In this document: positions 10,314 to 19,348 of the stretch, piece by piece
How the letters are laid out: each line of letters starts with the position of its first letter
Position numbering within the stretch: the first letter of the stretch is position 1
NCBI GenBank assembly: GCA_014238535.1
Contig: JABAAW010000004.1
Span: forward strand, 1-60,811
DNA: 60,811 nucleotides
Source of the DNA: Alphaproteobacteria bacterium
GTDB lineage: Bacteria > Pseudomonadota > Alphaproteobacteria > JABAAW01
Direction: 5' to 3'
Position numbers and translations under genes: made by a program
The notes under the pieces: generated by a model
The model's input: only the letters and a program-made list of their open reading frames with translations
Told to the model about the DNA's origin: nothing
The model's database searches: none

Positions 10314-10396
10314 GACGAACGCGAGTCTTAGATGCCCCCTAGAACTAGTTTCGAGACACTTTTTGTTTTGTCAAAGTGTCTTCGTGCGCGGGCGAT

Positions 10397-10909
10397 TTAA
10401 TTGGAAGAAATCAGAGATGCCATGAACCTATTCCGCATAGAAAGGACTTTTCCGAAATCGAATAGCAGCTGCCTAGCCAGATAAGGTTCCTCGGCAAACA
10501 GACGTTCGAAGTCTTCGCGAGTTATGCGCAGGACCAATCCTTTGGTTATGGCTTGTATAGTTGCGCTACGCGGTCTGCGTTCAAAGAATGCCATCTCACC
10601 GAAGACGGAGCCTTCGGGTATAATTGCCAAGACTCGTTTTCCGAAGAACGGCTGCTTGACGACTACCTGCACTTCACCCTCGGCGAGAATAAAGACAGCG
10701 TCGTCTTTTTCGCCGACATTGATTAGATTTTCTTCTGCTTCGAATCGCTGCGTAGTTGCAAAATCGAGCAACCGTCGCCAGTCTTCTTGCTTTAGCTGCT
10801 TAAGTACGGAGTTAGCTTCTTCGTCCAACCTATTAGACGAGGCTGCTTCGGTGCCTCCATCTTTTTCATTTTTTTCTTTTTCGTTGTAGTAGAAATTTTT
10901 CATAAGCAT
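10397..10909 (-). CDS. Stand-alone cyclic nucleotide-binding domain protein
   Basis: VFILAEGEVQV, FGEMAFFERRPRSATIQA (phosphate-binding cassette). 170 aa, too short for a Crp HTH domain. Confidence 0.85.
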   Translation of the reverse strand: MLMKNFYYNEKEKNEKDGGTEAASSNRLDEEANSVLKQLKQEDWRRLLDFATTQRFEAEENLINVGEKDDAVFILAEGEVQVVVKQPFFGKRVLAIIPEGSVFGEMAFFERRPRSATIQAITKGLVLRITREDFERLFAEEPYLARQLLFDFGKVLSMRNRFMASLISSN

Positions 10910-11074
10910 AGAGTCTTATATGCATCGTCCCTTCCATAGATAGCATATATTGCGAGGCTATTTTATAATAGCGTCACGAGCGCAGGCATTTGCCTAGACC
11001 ATTATAATTGATTGGTGCTAGACTAGCAATGTTTGTTGCGAATTTTCTACTGAGGTTAATATTAAAGTTATTCG

Positions 11075-13807
11075 ATGGTATTAGGACTGCATTCTTCGAG
11101 TTTAGATAGTTTTTCGAGCCGCGCCTCCTTCGACGATAGAGCCAACTGCTTTTTTTATAGCTTGGAGCCTGTTTTCAAGAGCCTACCTGGCACGACGCGC
11201 TTGCCATTTTCGCTGCGCGTATTGTTAGAGAACCTCTTACGCTTTGAAGATGGCGCGAGCGTACGGCGTAGCGACATCGAAGCCTTCGATTCTTGGGAGA
11301 AGGAGCGGCGCATTGATTGCGAGATAGCCTACCGCCCTGCCCGAGTGTTGCTACAAGATTTCACGGGAGTGCCTGCTGTCGTTGACCTAGCGGCGATGCG
11401 CGATGCTATGGCGAGTATGAACGGCGACGAGCAGCTGATCAATCCGCAGATACCTGTAGATTTAGTCATCGATCATTCGGTGATCGTCGACCACTTTGCG
11501 AGCAAAGATGCCTTTAGTTTAAATGTTAAGCGCGAATATGAGCGTAATAAAGAACGCTACGAGTTTTTGCGCTGGGGGCAGCGTTCGTTTAAGAACTTCC
11601 GCGTTGTCCCCCCTGGCACGGGTATTTGCCATCAAGTTAACCTAGAGTATTTGGCGCAAACGGTATGGCAATCGGAGCAAGATGGGGCAAAGTTAGTATA
11701 TCCGGACACGCTTGTTGGAGCGGATAGCCATACGACTATGATCAACGCGCTTGGTGTTTTGGGCTGGGGTGTAGGTGGCATCGAGGCAGAGGCTGCGATG
11801 CTTGGACAACCATTATCGCTGATGGTGCCTGAGGTTGTCGGATTTCAGATTGAGGGTAATTTAGTTGAAGGCACAAGTGCTACCGACCTTGTGTTGCGCG
11901 TTGTCGAGATGCTGCGTGAAAAGGGAGTTGTTGGCAAGTTTGTCGAGTTTTTTGGACGAGGTATATCGTCTCTATCGCTTGCTGACCGCGCTACCATCTC
12001 CAATATGGCGCCTGAGTATGGAGCGACTTGTGGGGTATTTCCCATCGATGAAGAGACTTTACGCTACCTACGCTTGACTGGTCGTACTGCTGAGGTGGTT
12101 GCGCGCGTTGAGCGCTACGCTAAGTTGCAAGGCTTTTGGCGCAACGATGATAATCCACCTCTGTTTTCCGACACATTGCTATTAGATTTGGCGAGCGTGC
12201 AACCCTCGATTGCAGGTCCTAAGCGCCCGCAAGATAGGATAGCATTAGCGAATGCCGCCTCGTCTTTCGAGCAAAGCTTGAGCGAGTTTAAAACGGAATT
12301 TAAACGAGAAGCCCAAGAGAAAACAAAAGAGCAGGCAAAAAGCGAAGATTCGGACGAAGTGCCTGTACTAGATCACGGTGCGGTAGTGATAGCGGCTATC
12401 ACGAGTTGCACGAACACATCGAACCCCAATGTAATGATAGCGGCTGGTTTGTTAGCGCAAGCGGCTTGCGAGCGCGGTATGTCGCTTCCTGCTTGGGTTA
12501 AACCGTCTTTAGCTCCTGGCAGTCAGGTTGTCACCGATTACCTCACGCGCGCGGGTTTGTCCGCTCCTTTGCAAGAGTTAGGATTTGCTTTGGTTGGCTA
12601 CGGCTGCACGACGTGCATTGGCAACTCTGGTCCTTTACCGGAAGAGATAGCGAAGCGCGTGCGTGAAGAGGAGTTATTTGTCTGTTCGGTTCTTTCTGGC
12701 AACCGCAACTTTGAAGGTCGAGTAAACCCACTGGTTAGAGCAAATTACCTAGCCTCTCCGCCGCTAGTTGTCGCCTATGCGCTTGCTGGCAACATGAGTA
12801 TCGACCTATTGACGGAGCCTTTAGGGAGGGGAAGCGATGGTAGCGATGTATTTTTACGCGACTTATGGCCTAGTAATGAAGCGATAGCGGACAAGCTGGC
12901 TCATGCGTTGACGCCTGATATGTTTAGCAAACGCTATAGCGATGTTTTTAGAGGAGACGCGAGCTGGCATAGTTTGGCGGCGGAACGCTCGTCGTTATAT
13001 CGCTGGAAGGATGGAGCGGACTATGTAAAGCGCCCACCATTCTTTACAAATATTTCTAAGAAACCAGCTGTTATCGAAGATATTCGCGCTGCTCGCCTAT
13101 TGGCTTTGCTAGGAGATTCGATTACGACCGACCACATTTCACCTGCGGGTTCTTTTGCCCAAGACTCATCTGCAGGCGAGTATCTGCTGGAACAAGGAGT
13201 AGCGGCACGCGACTTCAACTCTTACGGCGCACGACGAGGTAACCACGAGGTAATGATGCGCGGAGCATTTGCCAACATCCGCATTAAGAACAAGATTGCG
13301 GAAGGACGCGAGGGTGGTTGGAGTAAGCATATTCCATCAGGCGAGGTGTTGAGCATCTACGACACTGCGATGCGTTACAAGTCTTCAGGGACGGATACGA
13401 TCATCATTGCGGGTAAGGCTTACGGTACTGGCTCTTCGCGCGATTGGGCGGCGAAGGGAACGCTTTTGCTGGGCGTGCGAGCGGTCGTTGCCGAGAGTTT
13501 CGAGCGTATCCACCGCTCTAACTTGGTCGGCATGGGAGTTTTGCCATTAGAGTTTTTGGAAGGTCAGTCAGCGAGCGAGCTTGCGATCGATGGTAGCGAG
13601 ACCTTTGATTTGCTAGGGCTTGACGCACTACGACCTCGCAGCGAGATCGGTTTTTCGATAAAACGCGCGGACGGCAGTGTTGATACTATCTCGTTGCGCG
13701 TGCGAATCGATACGACCGACGAGATGAACTATTATAGGAGTGGTGGAATATTGCACTATGTGTTGCGCAATCTACTAGATGATGGCGAGCACAAAGCCGT
13801 AGCCTGA
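11075..13807 (+). CDS. acnA: Aconitate hydratase A
   Basis: RVLLQDFTGVPAVVDLAAMRDA, DLVIDHSV, DSHTTM, ITSCTNTSN, GYGCTTCIGNSG, ITTDHISPAG, GSSRDWAAKG. Confidence 0.97.
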   Translation: MVLGLHSSSLDSFSSRASFDDRANCFFYSLEPVFKSLPGTTRLPFSLRVLLENLLRFEDGASVRRSDIEAFDSWEKERRIDCEIAYRPARVLLQDFTGVPAVVDLAAMRDAMASMNGDEQLINPQIPVDLVIDHSVIVDHFASKDAFSLNVKREYERNKERYEFLRWGQRSFKNFRVVPPGTGICHQVNLEYLAQTVWQSEQDGAKLVYPDTLVGADSHTTMINALGVLGWGVGGIEAEAAMLGQPLSLMVPEVVGFQIEGNLVEGTSATDLVLRVVEMLREKGVVGKFVEFFGRGISSLSLADRATISNMAPEYGATCGVFPIDEETLRYLRLTGRTAEVVARVERYAKLQGFWRNDDNPPLFSDTLLLDLASVQPSIAGPKRPQDRIALANAASSFEQSLSEFKTEFKREAQEKTKEQAKSEDSDEVPVLDHGAVVIAAITSCTNTSNPNVMIAAGLLAQAACERGMSLPAWVKPSLAPGSQVVTDYLTRAGLSAPLQELGFALVGYGCTTCIGNSGPLPEEIAKRVREEELFVCSVLSGNRNFEGRVNPLVRANYLASPPLVVAYALAGNMSIDLLTEPLGRGSDGSDVFLRDLWPSNEAIADKLAHALTPDMFSKRYSDVFRGDASWHSLAAERSSLYRWKDGADYVKRPPFFTNISKKPAVIEDIRAARLLALLGDSITTDHISPAGSFAQDSSAGEYLLEQGVAARDFNSYGARRGNHEVMMRGAFANIRIKNKIAEGREGGWSKHIPSGEVLSIYDTAMRYKSSGTDTIIIAGKAYGTGSSRDWAAKGTLLLGVRAVVAESFERIHRSNLVGMGVLPLEFLEGQSASELAIDGSETFDLLGLDALRPRSEIGFSIKRADGSVDTISLRVRIDTTDEMNYYRSGGILHYVLRNLLDDGEHKAVA

Positions 13808-13852
13808 AGTTACAAGTAGCTGAATATAAATTCGCCAGCGTGCGCTTAAAAC

Positions 13853-13895
13853 GAGAATCCCCACGCGTAGGAAGGGGAGGAGCATGGGGATTCTC
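13853..13895. terminator. Inverted repeat (perfect 11-bp stem gagaatcccca / tggggattctc, 21-nt loop) between convergent acnA and betB; possible bidirectional terminator
   Basis: Stem read directly; T-rich tails on both strands are short. Confidence 0.4.
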
Positions 13896-14037
13896 TGGTT
13901 TCTTCACTTGAGATCACTCGCATGAAGGAGCTGTTATTATCGCGCTCGCTGAGAGCATAGTCCAATCACATAGCCGTGATAGACGGTAACTATTTGTTGA
14001 AGATATTATGAATCGCGTCTGGTTTAGCGATTTACGC

Positions 14038-15534
14038 TCAATACGAAGATTCTATTTTTCCGCCCTGCACATATACACTCTTTATCTGAGAGTATGCCTC
14101 GATCGTCTCGCGCGAGTTTTCGCGCCCAATTCCTGAATTTTTATAACCACCGAAAGGAACGCCTGGAGCAGTCGCGTTATATGAATTGATCCAGCAAGAG
14201 CCGGCTTTAAAACGCGAAGCAATACGATGCGCGCACTCGATGTTGCTTGAAAAAACGCCAGCACTCAACCCGAACTCGCTAGAGTTAGCACGCTCCACTA
14301 CCTCGTCCTCATCGCGAAAGGACAGCAAGCATAACACTGGTCCAAATATTTCTTCTTGCGCTATCATCATACTATCTTCTACATGATCGAAGATAGTGGG
14401 CTCGATGAAGAAACCGCTATCGAAACCTTTCTCCTTAAAACCAGGCAAGATTGGTTTATTGCCACCGCATAGCAAGTTTGCTCCTTCTTTTTTACCGCTG
14501 GCTATGTAGCTGAGGACGCGAGCGCGCTGTTGCTCGCTAATGAGAGGTCCCATCGTGGTGCTTTCGTCCATCGGGTCGCCGATCAGTATTTTTTCTGTGC
14601 GAGATAGAAGAAGGTTGATAAATTTTTGTTTAATTTTATCAGAGACGAAGACACGAGTAGCATTAGAGCAGACCTGCCCGCTAGAGTAGAAATTTGCGAG
14701 CAAAGCACCGGTGACGGCTTCTTGTAAGTCGGCATCCTCGCATACGATTAGAGGCGATTTTCCGCCGAGTTCGAGCGTTACTTTTTTCAAGGATGCCCCT
14801 GCGGACGCCGCAATTTTCTGCCCTGTTTCTACCGAGCCAGTTAAGGAAACCTTGTCGATTCGCTTATCTTTCACCAAAGTTGCGCCGACCTCGCCCGCGC
14901 CTTGCACTACTTGCATCAGAGCTGGTGGTAGCCCTGCCTCTGTCATAATTTCGGCAAGAGCGAGTGCTGATAGAGGAGTAAGTTCGGATGGCTTAAAAAC
15001 TATTGCATTGCCAAGAGCTAGGGCTGGAGCGATTTTCCAAGCGCCTGTTTGTATAGGATAGTTCCAAGCCCCCAAGCCTAGGCAAACACCGAGAGGTTCG
15101 CGAATTGTGTATGCGAAGTTATCGCCATCGAGAGGGATATGTCGCCCCTCGAAACTATTTGCACAGGCGAGCGCGCCAAAGTATTCGAAGCAATCGGCGG
15201 CGGTAGTAGCATCTGCGACTAGTGTTTCTTGTAGCGGTTTGCCTGTATCCATAGTTTCAAGGACCGAGAGTTCTCTATTGCGCTCGCGGAGTATCTGTGC
15301 TGTTCGCATGAGTATTCTGCCTCGAGTAGGCGGGGAGGTTTTCGCCCAATCTTCTTGCGCTTGCTTTGCGTCATCTAGCGCGAGGTTGATAGTTTTAGGT
15401 GTTGCTGCGTGAAGATTTGCTATCTCCCGCCCTGTTGCGGGGTATAAGCTACTCATCGGCTCGCCGCTCGTGTCATCAAAATAAGCCCCACTTATGTAGT
15501 GCGAGCCCTTCGGTTGCCACTCACTCTGTATCAT
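14038..15534 (-). CDS. betB: Betaine aldehyde dehydrogenase
   Basis: [62 protein letters not shown]. Ending QIKSVYV..GKIESSY is BetB-like. Confidence 0.85.
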   Translation of the reverse strand: MIQSEWQPKGSHYISGAYFDDTSGEPMSSLYPATGREIANLHAATPKTINLALDDAKQAQEDWAKTSPPTRGRILMRTAQILRERNRELSVLETMDTGKPLQETLVADATTAADCFEYFGALACANSFEGRHIPLDGDNFAYTIREPLGVCLGLGAWNYPIQTGAWKIAPALALGNAIVFKPSELTPLSALALAEIMTEAGLPPALMQVVQGAGEVGATLVKDKRIDKVSLTGSVETGQKIAASAGASLKKVTLELGGKSPLIVCEDADLQEAVTGALLANFYSSGQVCSNATRVFVSDKIKQKFINLLLSRTEKILIGDPMDESTTMGPLISEQQRARVLSYIASGKKEGANLLCGGNKPILPGFKEKGFDSGFFIEPTIFDHVEDSMMIAQEEIFGPVLCLLSFRDEDEVVERANSSEFGLSAGVFSSNIECAHRIASRFKAGSCWINSYNATAPGVPFGGYKNSGIGRENSRETIEAYSQIKSVYVQGGKIESSY

Positions 15535-15576
15535 AGTTTTTTAGAAGGTTTGCAAATCAAAGTATCTGAGATGCTT

Positions 15577-16491
15577 TTATCGAGGCTCATCTATCAGGTC
15601 TAGAAAGAAATCGGCATTCGAGTTCTGCGCGCTACTAGCAATTCCAGCGCGACCTTGCGCGCGATTATTATTCCTTGTTTGTGTCGTTGGAGCGTCGATA
15701 CCCAATTTCTTTCTTAGATTATCGGACAATAACAAAGCTTCGCGTTCTAAGCGCAACCCTTCATCGTTTGAAAGTATTGGAGAATTTTTTTCCTCTGGTT
15801 TTTTTTGATTTACGCGCCTTGCCTGCCGAATCGATCGTCTACTAGAGCGCGGTGCTTTAGAAGCGTCCCAAGTTCGCCTAACCCTAGCGAGATAGTAATC
15901 GTGTTTAGTAGGATCGGAAGAATGGTAGTATTTAATCGCCTCCTGCCAGTTTCTATAGCGTTTATACAGCACGACTAGATATTCAGTCGCATAGGCTACA
16001 TTATTTACAGGGTCTATCGCCTCCTCGACGCTACGAAAAGCTCGCCCATGGTGATACAAGTTGACCTGCATACAGCCGACATCGATATTCGAATGCCCGT
16101 CTCGTTGAAATTGCTTTATCGCCTTGACGGCTTCTTGCTTACTTGCGTAGTAGTTTCCTTTTCCTTTTACGGTTACAGTCCACGGCCAAGGCGTTACAGC
16201 CGAGCTGGAGCTTGCTTTCCTGCCGGATTCTATTCGCGCGATGGCATATAGTAACCCTTTAGGAAATCTACGAGTTCGCTCAGCGAGCTGCGTTAGTTCG
16301 ACACAAATTGTAGCGTCGTCTCGTTTTTCGGCAGCAGATTTTTGCGCGTCAGCTTGACCTGAGATGGCAAAAAGTAACAGCGTTGCAAGAAAAGTAGTAG
16401 CGACAACAAAAATAAAAGACGCGAGCGCAGACCTAACGCCCGCACGACGAGCAAACGACAAGATAAGCCCCTCTGTGGTTATAGAAATCAT
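15577..16491 (-). CDS. Lytic transglycosylase (SLT domain) with N-terminal membrane anchor or signal
   Basis: LLYAIARIESG (catalytic Glu), PWPWTV, NIDVGCMQVNLYHH, YYHS. Confidence 0.85.
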   Translation of the reverse strand: MISITTEGLILSFARRAGVRSALASFIFVVATTFLATLLLFAISGQADAQKSAAEKRDDATICVELTQLAERTRRFPKGLLYAIARIESGRKASSSSAVTPWPWTVTVKGKGNYYASKQEAVKAIKQFQRDGHSNIDVGCMQVNLYHHGRAFRSVEEAIDPVNNVAYATEYLVVLYKRYRNWQEAIKYYHSSDPTKHDYYLARVRRTWDASKAPRSSRRSIRQARRVNQKKPEEKNSPILSNDEGLRLEREALLLSDNLRKKLGIDAPTTQTRNNNRAQGRAGIASSAQNSNADFFLDLIDEPR

Positions 16492-16615
16492 CTTCTCACC
16501 CTACCGACGATAGACCTTTCGCACAACAAGTTCTAGAGCATAACGCAAGAGCGAGTCAAAAACACCTAGCATGGTTTTTTCTTTCCTAATAAGTTTTCTC
16601 AAGCATTATTATATG

Positions 16616-16649
16616 GCGTTATTCTAAAGCGTTATTCTAAAGCGTTATT
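16616..16649. repeat. 13-bp tandem repeat (gcgttattctaaa, about 2.6 copies), intergenic
   Basis: Read directly. Confidence 0.85.
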
Positions 16650-16659
16650 ATATGGCGTT

Positions 16660-19020
16660 CTATTCGCGTTCTATTCGATAGACTAAGCCTCGCGCGTCGT
16701 CGGAAAGCAATATGCTTCCATCCCAATGCGTTTTCAGATCGACTGGTCTGCCTCGTCCTCCCTGCATATTTAAAAACCCGTCGATGAAAATACTCTGGTG
16801 CGAAGGCGAGGTATCGCCTGCCTCGAAATGCAAGCGCACGACTCGATAGCCGTCTGGAGGAGCCCTATTCCAAGAGCCGTGCAAGGCGACGAGCGCATCG
16901 CCTTTTAGGTCTTCAAACCTCTCCCCGCGATAGAAATGTATCCCTAGTGGCGCATTATGCGCTGGAAAAGTATCGATGGGGAAAGTGACCCCCTTCGCAC
17001 TAAGCTCATCGGGTATAGGAGTATTGGCAAATTTCTTAGTACGATCTCTACCACCACCAAACCATGGGTATCCGAAGAACAAGCCCTTACGCGAGGCACG
17101 GTTTAGTTCTTCTGGCGGCGAGTCGTTGCCCATGAAGTCTGCGCCGTTATCTGTGAAGAATAGAGTATCGCTACTCGGTTGAAAGTCCATCCCGATGGAG
17201 TTGCGTATGCCGCTAGCATAGACCTCGACTCCGCTACCATCTAGTTCCATACGAATGATAGTGCCTTCCATGCCTTGCACGGAACAGATATTGCAAGGTG
17301 CGCCTATGGCAATATAAAGACGATCGTCGGGACCGATAGTTGCGACTCGCCAGCCGTGGTGTTTTTTATTTGGCAGTGCATCGAAGAGTATATCCCCTGC
17401 AGGCAGCCGAGCACTGAACTCATCGAATCGATGGCGCGAGACCTTGTCCTGCTCGATGACATATAGGTATGGCGAACGCCAAACGATACCATTAGGGACG
17501 TTCAGATTATCTGATAGCAAATGCGTTGTTCCATCTTTGACTATATATATTCGCCTTGCACGAGTTGCGATGAAAACGCTGCCGATCTCCTCTGCGACTG
17601 CGAGCGTACGCGCTCCTTTAGCACGAGCGAAGAGCGATATGCGATATGGTTTTTGCACCTGTAGCTGCTGTAGCGCGTATTGTAGGCTTTGCTCTGCACT
17701 TGCAGACGATGAGCCGCACAATAATGCTAGCATTAGCATCGCGATAGTTCCGCGCGTGCCATCGCTTACCCGATGATCTTGAGAAGACTCGCCTTTAGAA
17801 GATTTGCTTTGTGCTAGCTGTTTTTGCGAAAATAACATAGCTAACCAATGCGGTAAGATCAGTTTTGCGCGCCGCGTGTTTTTTTCGGAACCTAGCGCGA
17901 CTTTAATGTTTAATGAGTTGACCGCATCCTCTGCTGAGGCGTCTTCCTCTAGCGTTTTTTGTGCGCGTAAAGCCTGCTTTATTGGAGCGAGACGGCACAA
18001 CGCCAAAGCGGTTGTTGTCTCAGAGGTACCCTCGCCCTCACCCTCGCCCTCACCGTCGCCACTTTTGTTATCGACGACATAAGTAATTTCGCCGCAGAGT
18101 TTTTCTAATTGTTTTGAGTTTTCGTGCCCCTCTTCAGTTACACAATAGACCTTATCATCGGGCTTTACTGCTAGATTTCCACAAGCTATACGCAAAGGCA
18201 GTGCGTGTTTTTTTGTCTCCCTTGCGCGATATTTCATCCGAGCGGTAATTTCTTGCCCGACATAGCAAGCCTTCTGCCAATCTAAAGCTGCCAATGCGTC
18301 CAAACCGTATTCGAACGGGAACGCACGAGGTTGCGCTAGTTCGTCTGCGTTTTCGACTATGCCTAATGACAATCGGTAATTTTCATAATCGGTGTTGCTG
18401 GCGATAGGTAGTTTTATCGAGCGCACTAGGTCATCTGCGCGCGCGTGATAGAGTCGCCATGCTTTCAATGGAGCGCGAGGGTCTTTGCATAGAAAACCGC
18501 TATTTTCTACCTCTTTAGCGTCTCTCTCCCTTCCTAATGGAATGATATTAGCCCCCCCCTCTAGTTCATCTTTCGCGCTAACCTCATAGAGTTGTTTGTT
18601 TGATTTAGGGAAGAGTGTAGCGATGCTCATCTCTTTCATCCAGCGAAAGGTTACTGCATCCTCCATGCGCGCGTGCCACAGATAGTTAGCGAAATCTTTT
18701 AGCCCTGCGAGTTCGCACTCTATTATCACGCCCTCTTCGATGGGGATGGCGATGCACATGTTTTTTATAGAACCTTGCGGAGTTAGGAACGCGGTTGTTA
18801 TTGCATATTGTGCGCGTTGTGCGCGAGCTATATCGTTTGTAGTCAAGCCATTGAGAAAGTTTATGGCGTCGTCTCCTGCGACGAGCACGGCTGTGCGCTT
18901 ATGCAAGCATGCTGCGTGTAGGTCGCTATTCCTATGGTGCGTTAGGCAATCTGTGATTCGACTACGAGCAAGGTCGAGTGCATCCTCGAGGTTGCTTGAG
19001 TGTTCGCTATTTTTCTCCAC
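16660..19020 (-). CDS. Single ORF: YgfZ/GcvT-like folate-binding Fe-S maturation protein (about aa 1-394) in frame with a glucose/sorbosone dehydrogenase-family beta-propeller (about aa 428-786)
   Basis: YgfZ part: GDDAINFLNGLTTND, FLTPQG, KACYVGQE (KGCY.GQE signature). C-terminal part: HHGWR..IGPDDRLY..GAPCNIC, ASGIRNSIG.DF, TDNGAD, HGSWNR. Confidence 0.85.
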   Translation of the reverse strand: MEKNSEHSSNLEDALDLARSRITDCLTHHRNSDLHAACLHKRTAVLVAGDDAINFLNGLTTNDIARAQRAQYAITTAFLTPQGSIKNMCIAIPIEEGVIIECELAGLKDFANYLWHARMEDAVTFRWMKEMSIATLFPKSNKQLYEVSAKDELEGGANIIPLGRERDAKEVENSGFLCKDPRAPLKAWRLYHARADDLVRSIKLPIASNTDYENYRLSLGIVENADELAQPRAFPFEYGLDALAALDWQKACYVGQEITARMKYRARETKKHALPLRIACGNLAVKPDDKVYCVTEEGHENSKQLEKLCGEITYVVDNKSGDGEGEGEGEGTSETTTALALCRLAPIKQALRAQKTLEEDASAEDAVNSLNIKVALGSEKNTRRAKLILPHWLAMLFSQKQLAQSKSSKGESSQDHRVSDGTRGTIAMLMLALLCGSSSASAEQSLQYALQQLQVQKPYRISLFARAKGARTLAVAEEIGSVFIATRARRIYIVKDGTTHLLSDNLNVPNGIVWRSPYLYVIEQDKVSRHRFDEFSARLPAGDILFDALPNKKHHGWRVATIGPDDRLYIAIGAPCNICSVQGMEGTIIRMELDGSGVEVYASGIRNSIGMDFQPSSDTLFFTDNGADFMGNDSPPEELNRASRKGLFFGYPWFGGGRDRTKKFANTPIPDELSAKGVTFPIDTFPAHNAPLGIHFYRGERFEDLKGDALVALHGSWNRAPPDGYRVVRLHFEAGDTSPSHQSIFIDGFLNMQGGRGRPVDLKTHWDGSILLSDDARGLVYRIERE
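18028..18060. repeat. In-frame 12-bp tandem repeat (DGEGEGEGEG) in the YgfZ domain
   Basis: accctcgccctc x2.7 read directly. Confidence 0.8.
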
Positions 19021-19069
19021 TCTATTCTTTACTCCTCCATATTCTAGAGTAGTCTTTTATAACTGCTTT

Positions 19070-19100
19070 AAAACCTCACGGCTTCAAAACCTCACGGCTT
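19070..19100. repeat. 16-bp tandem duplication (aaaacctcacggcttc), intergenic, upstream of the ygfZ-like ORF
   Basis: Read directly. Confidence 0.85.
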
Positions 19101-19147
19101 TAAAGCATTCCTAGCCCCCACTTACTTTTAGCGTATCTGTGCGCAAT

Positions 19148-19176
19148 AAAAAAGCCATCCTATAGCAAGGCTGGCT
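19148..19176 (-). terminator. Probable intrinsic terminator downstream of the XRE regulator
   Basis: Minus strand agccagcct-tgctat-aggatggct (one mismatch) followed by a T-run. Confidence 0.5.
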
Positions 19177-19348
19177 AACTGGTTATGCGTAGAATGGACT
19201 TGGTGTGGAGAAAGGGATAATTTCCAAAGTCCAATCGCACGCACAACCAGTGTTTTTTTGTCTTTCTACCTCTTTAGAGGCATGCAGAAGATGTTCTATG
19301 TAGTTCCTTGAATGCTTTTACTATGTCGGCTATGAAGTATTGAGAAGT

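Noticed and set aside
10957-11028. Palindromes gctatt-N4-aatagc and tgctag-a-ctagca as operator sites in the cNMP gene/acnA divergent region
   Set aside because: Six-bp arms, one built on the locally frequent CTAG; no match to CRP (TGTGA-N6-TCACA) or FNR (TTGAT-N4-ATCAA) boxes.
13853-13895. Possible SRP (4.5S) RNA because of GGAAGG...AGCA
   Set aside because: Lacks the conserved CAGG-NCC-GGAA-GG-AAGCAG helix 8 arrangement.
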